DNA from: Eledone cirrhosa
Lineage: Eukaryota
DNA: 64,000 nt
Reading direction: 5' to 3'
NCBI GenBank assembly: GCA_964016885.1
Contig: OZ024740.1
Location: 272,180,001-272,244,000 of the forward strand
Shown: positions 1 to 12,922 of the stretch, one piece after another
Numbering within the stretch: position 1 is the first letter of the stretch
Layout: each line of letters opens with the position of its first letter
Notes under the pieces: generated by a model
What the model was told of the DNA's origin: nothing
Seen by the model: only the letters and a program-made list of their open reading frames with translations
The model's database searches: none
Program-made: the position numbers and the translations under genes

Positions 1-99
1 TCTCAGCGCACTCAATGCGCAATGTAAGATACATTACCAGAGTATACACATAGTTATTTGCCTCAACACAACACACGTAAAACGGGTGCCTATAAGGTT

Positions 100-210
100 C
101 CTGGACTTGAGTTTCTGCCGCACTAATGCAGCAGTAAGGAGCACTGCACCATCTGTCTGCATATATTATGCAACAATGCACAATCGGCTTATGCGGCTTC
201 ATCAGCGGGT
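100..210 (-). ncRNA. Type-I hammerhead-like motif with long branched helix II
   Basis: Minus strand: CUGAUGA-A-GCCGCA...(~70 nt)...UGCGGC-A-GAAA-CUCAAG-UC. Helix I is imperfect (CCCG/CAGG). Confidence 0.55.
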
Positions 211-747
211 ATCGCCTAATCAATAACCAATCGATCGACAGAATCCAAACACCGGCCCATGCCGGTCATGACTGTTTGTGACAACCGACACGGTAAAGCT
301 ATTAGCAACTGGCAACCGATAGGACTCTATCTCTCAACTAACCACTGACTTACAAATTTTACGCGGGGACGGGAACTAAAAAGAATCAATCGTTAGTTCC
401 TGTCAGAATCTCAGCCACTTTGTCTCACACACAAATTATCAAGGGGTGAAAAGATGGCTATTAGAAATAGCAGTTCACATTGATATAAAATAGAATGGTA
501 GCATTCGGTTCATGTCTCCAAGCCCCATGGCTAGAGGAAAGCGATGGTAACAATGGTAGTGCCAAGAACCTTTAACGGACTTTAAATGCGATCATCCATT
601 ATATAACAATATAGTAGCGAGCTGAAATGTGTCAGTCACGTGCGTAGATAACCAGTCTATTTCACAACTTAAAAGAATGAGAGACAAAATTAGTAGCAGG
701 AAAAAGAGTGCATATCAAAACAAAAACACAATATATATATATATAGT

Positions 748-789
748 TTTAATATAGATGAGATTCTACAGGACTAGAACTGTTTCATT

Positions 790-790
<1 letters not shown>
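748..790 (-). mobile_element. 3' fragment of a PLE terminal repeat carrying the 3' half of an HHR (second copy 31351-31473)
   Basis: GAAA-CAG-UUCUAGUC-CUG-UA in both copies; both lie between microsatellite arrays. Confidence 0.5.
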
Positions 791-843
<53 letters not shown>

Positions 844-859
844 CGGCGTTGAAATAGTT

Positions 860-2288
860 TTGCGAGGTTTTTGATATGAAATCGTGTGTCGAAACAAATA
901 TTGTTATACTTGGGGAGGGTGATATTTGTGTAATATTGCCAGAATTAATAACAGAACACACTCACTGTTTGGTTGGTTTTCGCTTCTGTGTCTTTTGTAT
1001 CGGTTAATTTAATTTATTCGGTCCTCAATGTTATCATTAACTGACCAACGGTCAAAAATACAGATACAATATAGACACAAACACATATTTATAGTCTAAC
1101 AAAGTTCTTTCGTTGCACATCTGCAACATCGTCAGTGGTGCTATTATGTTTCCTCCCGTTGCATTGTATGCCTACGCCATCTTTATTTAGTCTGTTTATT
1201 TATATATTTGTTTATTTTTTGTCTTCTCTGCGCATGCGTTGCGTGTGTGTATAGTGTTTTGTTTGATGTGTGTTCGTGTTTGGGTGACTGTGTATTGGTT
1301 AATGTATTCTATCTTAGTTTACTAGTGTGTGTTTATATGTGTTTGTTGTTATTGTGCTTGTGTATGTACTTATTTATTTATTTATTTATTTATACTTCTC
1401 TTAGGTCAGTGTTGTTTGTTTGGGTGTTGTTGTTATTCCATTCATTTTTTCTGTTTAGCCTTGGCCTTCTAAGTTCTATTTCGCCGGCCTTTCCGATTTG
1501 CCTATGTGCTGGGTCATTTCTATGTTTAGATATTATTCTAATTTCCATGTTGTCTATTTTACCGTCGTGTTGTTGTCTGGAATTTCAGTACTATACGAAC
1601 ATGCCAGACAACAACACGACGGTAACATAGAAATTAGAATAATATCTAAACATAGAAATGACCCAGCAGATAGGCAAATCAGAGAGGCCAGTGAAATAGA
1701 ACTTAGAAGCCCAAGGCTAAACAGAAAGAATGAATGGAATAACAACAACACCCAAATAAACAACACTGACCTAAGAGAAGTATAAATAAATAAATAAATA
1801 AATAAGTACATACACAAGCACAATAACAACAAACACATATAAACACACACTTGTAAACTAAGATAGAATACATTAACCAATACACAGTCACCCAAACACG
1901 AACACACATCAAACAAAACACTATACACACACGTAAACGCATGCGCAGAGAAGACAAAAAAAATAAACAAATAAATAAATAAATAAACAGACTAAATAAA
2001 GATGGCGTAGGCATACAATGCAACGGGAGGAAACATAATAGCACCACTTACGATGTTGCAGATGTGCAACGAAAGAACTTTGTTAGACGATATATAAGTG
2101 TTTGTGTCTATATTGTATCTGTATTTTTGACCGTTGGTCAGTCAATGGCAACATTGAGGACCGAATAAATTAAATTAACCGATATAAAAGACACAGAAGC
2201 GAAAACCAACCAAACAGTGAGTGTGTTCTGTTATTAATTCTGGCAATATTATTACACACATATGACCCTCCCTAAGTATAACAATATA
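860..2288. mobile_element. Non-coding PLE-derived fold-back (family A), arms ~899-1580 / ~1587-2288, tail 860-898
   Basis: Arms are near-perfect reverse complements flanked by (TA)n. The same family recurs at 4160-4646 and 45367-46230, with a relative at 31523-32020. Confidence 0.85.
1095..1140 (-). ncRNA. Minimal type-I HHR motif (family A)
   Basis: CUGACGA-U-GUUGCA-GAUG-UGCAAC-GAAA-GAAC-UU with weak helix I. Homologues at 4394-4437 (-) and 45575-45618 (-); the copy at ~2043-2085 (+) reads CUUACGA. Confidence 0.6.
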
Positions 2289-2496
2289 TATATATACATA
2301 TATATAACAAATATATACATATATGTATGGACAATGCGATGGTGGTGTATTAGTTTAACCCTTGATATAATTGGAAACATTCCTAACTTTACGGACCTTC
2401 ATTGAAAGATAAAATGAAAGACATCATACACATACACGTACACACACGTACACACACACGCGCACACACACACACGCACACACGCACGCACACACA

Positions 2497-2559
<63 letters not shown>

Positions 2560-2729
2560 CCACACATATATATGCAGGGGACCTCCCTCAAATTCGTCAT
2601 TGTCAAATTCAATTTCCTTATTATCATTCTCAATTTCGTCATCATCAACTTTATTTCCTCGTCTTTCAGTTTCTATTTCATCGTTACTGCAGGATGGAGC
2701 GGTTTTTAAAAACATTTTACTATGTAGAG

Positions 2730-3313
2730 CAGTGGTTCTCAAACTTTTCCAATTTTTTTTCTCGTCGGTCCCCTCACCATTTTTTCGATGCCTCGCAGTC
2801 ATCTATCATATTATGGTAGCATTTACAACATTTTTCAAAGACAAACTGTCATGAAATGCATGACAATTCTACTACGATTTAATTTAAGTAGTATAAAAAT
2901 GCCCCAAACTGCTATCATGTTCAATGCTTTCTAAAGAGGTTTTGCTAATGGGATACGTGTTTTTATGGAAACAATTGTTGAATATGTACTTATTCAAATA
3001 GATTCCTCATCAGTAATACAGAATTGATTTGGAATCACACTGCTGTTAGTAAACTAACGCGATGGCAATTGGCTGACTAAGGCCTTAACATTTCAAGGAA
3101 TCGAGGTCGTGTAACATACTATCCGCATATAATGAGGGAATGAACCTCCTATGGTTTTCATGCTAGCGTCAAATGAATATTCAAGAAAAATTGCTTCCTA
3201 GATTTAAAACTTCAATCACAGTATACCATGAAAATTTGACTAAGCCTTCGCGGTTCGTCCCAAATCGCTTCGCGGTCCCACAGGAGACAGCGGACCCAGT
3301 TTGGGAACCACTG
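2730..3313. mobile_element. hAT (Charlie-like) non-autonomous DNA transposon
   Basis: TIRs CAGTGGTTCTCAAAC / GTTTGGGAACCACTG; 8-bp TSD atgtagag / atgcagag. Confidence 0.85.
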
Positions 3314-3756
3314 ATGCAGAGTGAGGCATTGATACCGGTGATTACTTGTCGCAGAATTATAGAAGAATTTAAACATGTTTAATGTTTTGTAAAGGATTAC
3401 ATGTTTTGTATAAAGATATTGTCGAACACTATATCACCGTAAATAAAAAACAACAACATTTAAAACTACATATTATACTGTATCAACACATCATAGACAC
3501 TCATTATTCTCACATCTTAACTCATTTGACATAGTTCTAAAGAAAAATAAATTATCCGGCACAATCGTCTTGGGTGTTGATTAAAGTTAGACAGGTGTTG
3601 ATCAAATTAGGGAATGACCAGCAGGGCGCGATTAGTAGAAGGCAGTCAAGAAAAAATGGTCGAAATCAATGCATTTCGGGCCGTTTCGACAGCTAGATCC
3701 GAACTAAGCCACCAGTATTCCTAATACCACCTGGTATCTTACCTCCCCCTCTTTGT

Positions 3757-3838
<82 letters not shown>

Positions 3839-3841
3839 TAA

Positions 3842-3874
<33 letters not shown>

Positions 3875-3889
3875 TATATATATATATAT

Positions 3890-4088
3890 GAAAAACCACA
3901 GACCCTCCATCTCAACTCTACTTTTGAAAAGCAGAAGAACTGCGAAACCGGTAAAGGAACCAAATAAATATATATATTTAAAAAAAAAATAAGACTCCAG
4001 TTGCATTTTCGATTTCATCTTTTTTTCTTTATACTTTCACTCGTGTAGGACACCTCGGTTATTTTTCATTTTATAAAAAAAACCTCAC

Positions 4089-4095
<7 letters not shown>
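3890..4095 (+). mobile_element. PLE terminal-repeat fragment (family F3) with U3-A8 HHR at 3921-3956
   Basis: CUU-UUGAAAA-GCAG-AAGAA-CUGC-GAAA-CCGG-UA-AAG. Same family at 42548-42757 (-), 35408-35520 (-) and ~36500-36567; most copies abut (TA)n. Confidence 0.7.
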
Positions 4096-4159
<64 letters not shown>

Positions 4160-4161
<2 letters not shown>

Positions 4162-4640
4162 CTTTGCAAGGTTTTTGATATGAAATCGTGTGTCGAAACA
4201 CATATTGTTATACTTGGGGAGGGTTATATTGTTGTAATAATATTGCCAGAAATAATAACAGAACACACTCACTGTTTGGTTGGTTCTCGCTTCTGTATCT
4301 TTTATATCTCCATAGTTAATTCATTTGGCCATCAATGTTTATCACTGACTGACCAACGGTCAAAAATACAGATATAAATACATATATATAGTCTAAGAAA
4401 GTTCTTTCGTTGCACTCATGCAACATCATCAGTGGTACTATTATCATGTTTCCCCTGCTGTATTGTATGTATTGTAGTGTCTACGCTATTTTTATTTTGA
4501 AAAAATAAAAATGGCGTAGACACAAATGAATTAACTATGGAGATATAAAAGATACAGAAGCGAAAACCAACCAAACAGTGAGTGTGTTCTGTTATTATTT
4601 CTGGCAATATTATTACAACAATATAACCCTCCCCAAGTAT

Positions 4641-4646
<6 letters not shown>
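4160..4646. mobile_element. Family A fold-back, short version
   Basis: Arms ~4205-4325 / ~4523-4645, same tail as 860-898, HHR motif at 4394-4437 (-). Confidence 0.8.
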
Positions 4647-4717
<71 letters not shown>

Positions 4718-4769
4718 CCAAGGAATGTCTTTCATTTTCCACTATATATATATATATATATATATATAT

Positions 4770-4960
4770 GAATAAAGTTAGTCCTTCATCAGTGATCTTC
4801 CAACCATCATTGGTATTTCATCGCTTTAAAGACCATATACCTCTGGTTGGTGCGAGCAGCGGCTAAAAAAAGTCGTTGGGACACGTAAATAAAGGGAACA
4901 CGAGTGTAAACAAACAAAAATGGTGAAACAACGAAAAGTGAGGAAAAAGGAATATCAACC
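4770..4960 (-). repeat. Dispersed (TA)n-associated repeat F4 (also 34135-34280, 46815-47160)
   Basis: Shared ccaaccatcattggtatttcatcgc core; only decayed or partial HHR boxes. Confidence 0.55.
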
Positions 4961-4974
4961 TAAGTGTGTTTCGG

Positions 4975-5108
4975 GTACTAAACTTTATCGACTCCGTCAT
5001 GATGAAAGGTAAAACTAAACCTCGGTGGGATTTGAACTCAGAACGTAAAAGGCCGTAATTCTATGCCGTAAAGCATGCTGTCTGACGCTCTACCGATACT
5101 ACCAATCC
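4975..5108 (-). mobile_element. tRNA-derived SINE, diverged copy
   Basis: B box GAGTTCAAATCC on the minus strand and the family core. Confidence 0.7.
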
Positions 5109-5329
5109 AATGAATTCTTTTATTTGCCACAAGGACATCTGATGGAGGAGACAAATTAAAACATTACGGTGGAGAGGGGGGCGGGGGCTATATAGAAATG
5201 AGAAAATTGGTAACAAGTATACAAAGTATACAAGTTAGGTAAATAATTTCAATGTCAGTTTTGTTTTTTCTCTGCGTTGTGATGGTGTTTTTATTTTGTA
5301 GTTCGTTGTTTTGTTTTGTTTACATTCTC

Positions 5330-5636
5330 ACCCTACCTCTCTCTCTCTCTCATCACCTCTTTCTCTCTCATCTCTCTCTTCTCTCTTACCTCTATCGCTT
5401 CGCTTTCTCTCTCTCTTTGCTTTCTCTCTCTTTGCTTTCTCTCTCTCTATCTCGCGCTCATTACATTTTTCTCTTCTTTTTCACCCCTGTCTTCTCTCTC
5501 ATCTCTTACATCTATCTGCTTTCTTTCTCTCCAATTTTCTCCCTCTTATCACCTCTTTCGCTCTCATCTCTCTCTCCTCTCTTTCCCCTATCGCTTCGCC
5601 TTTTCTCTCTCTCTCTCTCTTACCTTTATCTCTTCG

Positions 5637-5700
<64 letters not shown>

Positions 5701-5941
5701 TCTCTCTCTCACCCCCTCTCTCTCATCACCTCTTTCTCTCTCATCTTTCTCGCCTCTCTCTCTTCTATCTCTTCACCTTCTCTCTCTCTCTCATCACTTT
5801 TCTCTCTTCTCTTTCACCTCTTTCTTCTCTCTCACCTCTCTCTCCTCTCTTACCTCTCTCTCTTCGCTTTCTCTCTCTCTCTCTCTTGCTCTCATCACCT
5901 TTTCTCCTTTCTTTCTCCTCTTTCTTCTCTCTTTCCTCTTT

Positions 5942-6009
<68 letters not shown>

Positions 6010-6030
6010 TACCTATCTATCTATCTATCC
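5330..6030. repeat. (CT)n low-complexity tract with degenerate higher-order units
   Basis: CT arrays with a recurring ctctcttacctcta/tcgcttt motif. Confidence 0.9.
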
Positions 6031-6167
6031 CCTCTTCCCCCTCCACCATTCACTCTATATCTCAGTGTCTCTTGTTAGTTTTGGTAAATGTAGTTGCTCC
6101 CATGTGTATTTGTAGGATAACAACTTTGATGTATCGTAAAAATAGTTTGCTAAATTTACCAATAGGA

Positions 6168-6215
<48 letters not shown>

Positions 6216-6727
6216 GGACACAGATTTAATGAAAGAAGGAAGAAAAAATATACTAAAACAACAAAAATAATCACAACAACGATAATAACGACAGCAACAA
6301 CAATAATAATTATACAAAAAAAAATTAGTATATTAAAACCAGGAAAAAAATTGTTATTGTCCATTGGACAGGTTCGATAGAGTCGTACAGGGAGGAAGGG
6401 AGAAGACAAACTGAGACATGAGTCGGTCGGTAGGAGGAGTGAGTGTCTGTAAGTGAGTATTTGGAACAAATGGAGTGACAGACATAGGAGAGTGAGACGC
6501 GATTTTAAGAGTGAATAAGAAAAAGGAAGAAAGAAATAAAGAAAGAAAATGGCAACTTTTTTTAAGAGAGTCGGACAAAGAATTATAGAATTATTGTGTA
6601 TAGACAAGGGGAGTAAGTCAGTCATAAGACAAGAGAAGGAGAGACGGTAATTAAGTAGTGAGAGAAAAGGATACGTAGATAGATATATAGGTAGATAGGT
6701 AGGTAGATAGATAGTTAGGATAGATAG

Positions 6728-6759
<32 letters not shown>

Positions 6760-6817
6760 ATAAATAGATATATAGAGAGATAGATAGATAGATAGACTGG
6801 CAGACAGATAGACACAT

Positions 6818-6896
<79 letters not shown>

Positions 6897-7040
6897 CTCC
6901 AAGTTACACCCCCTGGATATATATATATATATATATATATATTACAACCCCCCCCCCCCATATATATATATATATATATAAAGAGAGAGAGAGAGACGTA
7001 GACAGACAGACAGTTAGATAGTTAGACAGACAGACAGATT

Positions 7041-7073
<33 letters not shown>

Positions 7074-7082
7074 GTTTATATG

Positions 7083-7955
7083 TTTCTTTATTTGCCACAA
7101 GGACGTACAAGAAATGGGACATTACAGGACGTGACACCGCGGTTTTTACATAAAATCGAGTAAACTTTAACATCAATAAATTAAAATAAACTAAATATTA
7201 AAATAAAGTAACAATCGAAATCCCCAATAGGAGGAACGTTACTGCAGGGTTGTTTTACACCCCGTGGGTAGAACAACCCTCAACACCAGGAGCACGTTTT
7301 GTAGTGTTCTCGTCTTCTCTCTTTTATCTTCTTCAACCTATAGGTTTATATACAGAGATGATCTATTCACTCGGGCAATTTTCGTCACATTCACCCACCT
7401 TTCAGCGAATTTACTGGGGTGTAGCACCTCTCTCTCTACTCTCATCTTCCTTCTGAAGTGGTACTTAAAGAAGGGGATGAGTTGTTGTCCGGAGCGGAAG
7501 GTGTTTGCCCTCAGTCCTTTTAAACTCGTCCACCATATTACCTCTTTCGCCATAGCCACCAAACAGAGAAAAACCGCCTCTCCTTCATTCTTAAATGAAG
7601 GCGACGAGACGTGATCCTCACGATGGACTCGGCTGACAACTGGATGCGTCCCACACGTGGCAGTAGCTGTTCGACATAATTCCACAGGTCGGTCACCCCT
7701 GGGCACCGAAAACTTGGGTGCAGAGCGGTTTCAATGTCCTGTTCGCATCTTGGACAGGTCCTTTTGGCAGGATCTCTGCCAGGTCGTCCGTGCCATTAGA
7801 TTTTGTCTCGAACTGGTAGAGATCCTCGGTAGCAATGCCAGGCCAGAGACCTCTGAAAGTTATCCATAGGCTCTGGACGGAAAGTACTCCCGAACAGACT
7901 GGTCAGTTCGTCTTCCTCGATGCCTAGAACGTCGCACTTATCCTCCACTAACCCC
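7083..7955 (-). mobile_element. 5'-truncated Tx1/L1-clade LINE 3' end
   Basis: Homologous to 16021-17104 (SFKNEGEAVFLCLVAMAKEVIWWT); ends gtggcaaataaagaaa. Confidence 0.85.
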
Positions 7956-7984
7956 TCCACTAAGATAGCTAGATAGTCAAACAG

Positions 7985-8532
7985 TCAGATTGAGAGAGAG
8001 GAAACTTTAGAAGGCAAGAGAGACTGAGGGAGGAGAAAGTTTAGAAGATGAGAGGGACAAAGAGAGGGGAATCTTAGAAGGTGAAAGGGACTGAGAGAGG
8101 GGATAGTTTAGAAGGTGAGGGAGACGGAGAGAGAAGGGGAGTTTTAAATAATGATAAAAGCGGAGAGAGAAAGTTTTCAGATAGTGAGTGAGAGGGAGAG
8201 AGGGTAAACATTAAATAATGAGGACGATAGAGAAAGGAAGCTTAAGATAGAGAAAAAGATGGAGAGAAAATGCTTTAGATGTGAAAGTAGACAGAGAGAA
8301 AGGCTTTGAGGAGTGAAGGAGAGAGCAAGAGTACGTCTTTCATAGCAATAGTGACGGAGGGGGAGAGCTTTAGAGTGGGAGAGAAGAAGCTTTAGATAAT
8401 GAGGAAGACTCAGAGAGTGATGTAGATAGAGAGGGAGCTTTAGAGAGTGAGAGACAAAGTAAGCTTTAGATAGTAAAAGAGACGGGAATGTGGGACTTTA
8501 GAAAGAGAAGAAAACAGAGAGAGAGAGAGAGA

Positions 8533-8569
<37 letters not shown>

Positions 8570-8613
8570 AGAGAGAGAGAGAGAGAGAGAGTCAGAGAGA
8601 GAGAGAGAGAGAG

Positions 8614-8664
<51 letters not shown>

Positions 8665-8770
8665 AGAGGGCGCAGATATTGAGAGCTAGAGGGAGAGAGG
8701 AGAGAGAGAGAGGAGAGAGAGAGAGAGAGGAGAGAGAGAGGAGAGAGAGAGAGAAGGTGAAGAGAGAACG
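7985..8770. repeat. AG-rich degenerate tandem repeat and (GA)n
   Basis: Recurring gagag...tttaga units followed by pure GA arrays. Confidence 0.8.
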
Positions 8771-8808
8771 TAAGATAATAAAGGGTGAGTACTTTGGCTA
8801 CCATATTT

Positions 8809-8996
8809 AATAATTGTTTCTACTTTTGGCACAAGGCCAGCAATAACCCAGTACATTACTGGTACTTTATTTTATCGACCCCATAAGGATGAAAGGCAAA
8901 GTTAACCTCGGCAGGATTTGAACTCAGAATGGCAAGGGCCGTAACTCTATGCGTCAAAGCATCACGTCCGACCCTCTACCGATACTGCCAATCCAC
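8809..8996 (-). mobile_element. tRNA-derived SINE, full length
   Basis: A-box-like TGGCAGTATCGG, B box GAGTTCAAATCC, core gcctttcatccttayggggtcgataaaataaagtacc, tail agaaacaattatt. Confidence 0.9.
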
Positions 8997-9100
8997 ATAT
9001 ATGTTCAGAATATCAAGACTTAATGTTTGTGTGTATGTGTGAGGGAGCCCATGCATGTGTTTGAGTATTGTATGCCTGTATTTCAGTGTGTGTGTGTGTA

Positions 9101-9141
<41 letters not shown>

Positions 9142-9221
9142 CTCCTCACTCTCAAAAGCGTGAACCTAATAAACTACCATTTGTACTGCCTCTCTGTTTT
9201 TTGTTCCTGTCTAATATTTAA

Positions 9222-9262
<41 letters not shown>

Positions 9263-9405
9263 GAATTGGTGCTCTGAAATATATGAATGTATATATAATG
9301 TATTTTGCAATACACTGCATGCTTAATTAAAAGCATTTCGAAGACCTTACGCTATTGTTTTAAAGTAGTGACAGTCTCACTTACTTTAAATGTCCGCTAA
9401 GACAA

Positions 9406-9593
9406 ATAATTGTTTCTACTTTAGGCACAAGGCCAGCAATTACCCAGTACATTACTGGTACTTTATTTTATCGACCCCGTAAGGATGAAAGGCAAAGTCA
9501 ACCTCGGCGGGATTTGAACTCAGACCATAAAGGGACGTAACTGTGCTGCAAAGCATGGCGTCCGACCCTCTACCGATACTGCCAATTCACCGC
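9406..9593 (-). mobile_element. tRNA-derived SINE with TSD
   Basis: Direct repeat ccgctaagacaaataat at 9394-9410 and 9590-9606. Confidence 0.9.
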
Positions 9594-9798
9594 TAAGACA
9601 AATAATGTTAAGCTTTTGGAAAGATGATTGAACGAGGACGTCAATTTCTCAACAGGTTTTAGTTCAAGTGCCAGGCCAAGGATTGACCGTTACCAATACC
9701 CACGTGGGGCTCGGAAAGGGAAGCAACCCATATTTTTGGCGGAAGAATTCAGTGTGCAATATTACAAAATTGCAAAATATCACAAAACGAATTAAAAA

Positions 9799-9865
<67 letters not shown>

Positions 9866-10228
9866 TTCCTGAGAAGGATAGAGTGTGAAAAAAGGAAGTG
9901 AGAAAGAGATATAGAGGAAGAAGCGACCTCAGTACTAGACTGTTACTTTCTTTATCGACCTTGTACGTGAAATTGGGTAGACGGAAACTGTTTGGAAGCC
10001 CTTGGATAGATTGTACTTGTTACCCCAAAAGCTAGCCTTATCCTACTGCGTATCACGATGAATTTCCCTAAAAAATTATGTTATGGGTACACGTGTCTGT
10101 GTGATGCTCAACTACTTGAATATTAACTTCATGAGCAAGCTATCCCGTTGATCGTAAAACTGGGACACTCATCGTCGTGTCCGACAGAGATCCATCCATA
10201 TGTGTGTGTGAGAGAGAGAGAGAGAGAG

Positions 10229-10297
<69 letters not shown>

Positions 10298-10675
10298 GGA
10301 GAGAGTGATAGCTAGATAGATAGAGAGAGGGGGGGGGGCGGGAGAGAGAGAGAGGATGAGAGAGAGGGAGAGAAAGAGGGAGAGAGAGGCAGAGAGAGAG
10401 AGAGAGAGTGGATATGGTTGTAGCTCAGTGTGTATGTATGTGAGCGAATGTGTGGTTGTATGTATAGCTGAGTATTACTGTGTTTCAGTGGGTGGGTCTG
10501 TGTGTGCATGCGTGTGTGTATGTGTGTGGGTGTGTGCATGACTCATTATATTTCTGTGTGTATATGGATGAGTGAATGAGTGAATGTGTATGTGTATATC
10601 TGTGTGTGTCTGTGATTATGTGTCCAAGTGTGTATATATGTATGTGAGTATATATCTCTATATCTCTCTCTCTCT

Positions 10676-10741
<66 letters not shown>

Positions 10742-10742
<1 letters not shown>

Positions 10743-10965
10743 ACCAAAAATTAATATAGTTCGTTGATTACTCAATGAATACAGTTTTATAATAGATTAA
10801 AAGCACTCAACAGCTAAATATTCCTCTAGTTTTTAATATTATTCAAAATATTAACAAATCATATATTTTATCTGATGAAGACGTGCTGAAAAAACAACAC
10901 AGTACCTTTGAAATATATATAATAAAGCATATATTTTGATTATGTGAATAACGTACATTTGTTAA
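10742..10965. mobile_element. PLE-derived fold-back fragment (family F5) with HHR at 10867-10926 (+)
   Basis: UUUAU-CUGAUGA-[irregular helix II]-GAAA-UAUAUA-UA-AUAAA; short inverted repeat 10842-10859 / 10947-10964. Family also at 11432-11545 and 54136-54296. Confidence 0.6.
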
Positions 10966-10972
10966 TATTTTG

Positions 10973-11100
<128 letters not shown>

Positions 11101-11114
11101 GTATATATATATAT

Positions 11115-11206
<92 letters not shown>

Positions 11207-11240
11207 ATATATATATATACACACATATATATATATATAT

Positions 11241-11298
<58 letters not shown>

Positions 11299-11374
11299 AA
11301 ATGAAGTAATTCCGTCGGAAAGGTCCAGGAAAAAAGAGTGATCTATGTAGGTTACAGAGCTTAATAGTTATAGA

Positions 11375-11435
<61 letters not shown>

Positions 11436-11479
11436 CTTCAAAATATTAATAAATATAGACATTGATGTGATCAAATATA

Positions 11480-11541
11480 TTTTATTATACATATTTCAGA
11501 GATACTGAACTATTTCAACAGTACGTCCTCGTCAGATAAAA
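11480..11541 (-). ncRNA. Minimal type-I HHR (family F5)
   Basis: UUUUAU-CUGACGA-GGACGUACUG...CAGUAUCUCU-GAAA-UAUGUA-UA-AUAAAA. Confidence 0.65.
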
Positions 11542-11705
11542 TAAGTTGATGCTTGACATACCTTGACTATGTTGATGGTTATAATTTAGTCATGGCAGTG
11601 ATTAGTTTTGACAAAACCCGATATTTTATACCTTAAGTTGAAACATGAACAATTACATATAATACAGAGGGTGCGTGTGAGAATGTGTAAAAAGATATAT
11701 AAACA

Positions 11706-12279
11706 AATAATTGTTTCTACGTTAGGCACAAGGCCAGCAATTGCCCAGTACGTTACTGGTACTTTATTTTATCGACCCCGTAAGGATGAAAGGCAAAGTT
11801 AACCTCGGCGGGATTTGAACTCATAATGGAAAAGGCCGTAACTCTTTGCGTCAAAGCATGGCGTCCGACCCTCTACCGATACTGCCAATCCTATAAATAA
11901 TTAATTGTTTCTACTTTAGGCACAAGGCCAGCAATTATCCAGTGCATTACTGGTACTTTATTTTATCGACCCCGTAAGGATGAAAGGCAAAATTAACCTC
12001 GGCGGGATTTGAACTCAGATCGTAAAGGGACGTAACTATGCTGGAAAGCATGGCGTCCGACCCTCTACCGATACTGCCAATCCACCGAAATAATTAATAA
12101 TATATAATTGTTTCTACTTTTGGCACAAGGCCAGCAATTATCCAGTGTATTACTGGTACTTTATTTTATCGACCCCGTAAGGAGGAAAGGCAAAGTTGAC
12201 CTCGGCGGGACTTGAACTCAGTCCGTAAAGGGATGTAACTGTGCTGCAAAGCATGGCGTCCGACCCTCTACCGTTACTG
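11706..12279 (-). mobile_element. Three tandem tRNA-derived SINEs (11706-11891, 11902-12087, 12106-12279)
   Basis: Three head-to-tail copies with A/B boxes. Confidence 0.9.
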
Positions 12280-12388
12280 ATATAATACATAAACTTCTAT
12301 AACTGTTAAAAATTTAAATAATAATAATATATTCATACCTCTTTATTGTTGATAATGTAAGTGATAGATCGAGATAGCAAATCATATA

Positions 12389-12490
<102 letters not shown>

Positions 12491-12536
12491 AAATAAAATA
12501 AATAAGTCAAATGTTTAAAATTTGGCTTCGTTTATT

Positions 12537-12591
12537 ACTGCTATATATATTTCGGTGACAGCCATCTTTGGCTGTGACCTCTTCAGGCAGT
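12537..12591 (-). ncRNA. Type-I HHR in the inverted arm
   Basis: ACUGC-CUGAAGA-GGUCACAGCCA-AAGA-UGGCUGUCACC-GAAA-UAUAUA-UA-GCAGU. Confidence 0.85.
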
Positions 12592-12922
12592 CCGAATTAG
12601 TGTGGTAGAGACAGGTACACATGTTGGTGAGGTGTTTAACTTTGTCAATACTCTGATATGCCCAGTTCTTGGTTGGGTTGTTATTTCACTGAGGAACTGG
12701 AATCATATGAATTTAAACAAACGAATTTCAGCGTCAAAGAGCCTCTTCTCCTCTCATTGGTCAGTTGTTAGAACATTCCTTAGTCAAAAGTCTATAGAAA
12801 TTCGTTCTGAGGCAAGCCAATCTGTAGTGGTTGTTCTTGTTATTGTTAGGTACATCTGACCTCTATTCTTATGTTGGTAGTGGTGTTGTTGTTGGAGTCC
12901 CACTCTAGGCACGCAGAGGTAG

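Noticed and set aside
490-570. gtctccaagcccc...gagg resembling a twister ribozyme core
   Set aside because: Could not build P1/P2 or the pseudoknots.
2985-3015. CUGAUGA on the minus strand inside the hAT element
   Set aside because: No helix II or GAAA box.
9960-10195. Possible additional SINE-like repeat
   Set aside because: Single copy in the window with no verifiable boxes or TSD.
11706-12279. Regularly repeated units suggesting a CRISPR array or tRNA cluster
   Set aside because: They are ~185-bp SINE copies with no cloverleaf and no cas genes, in eukaryotic context.
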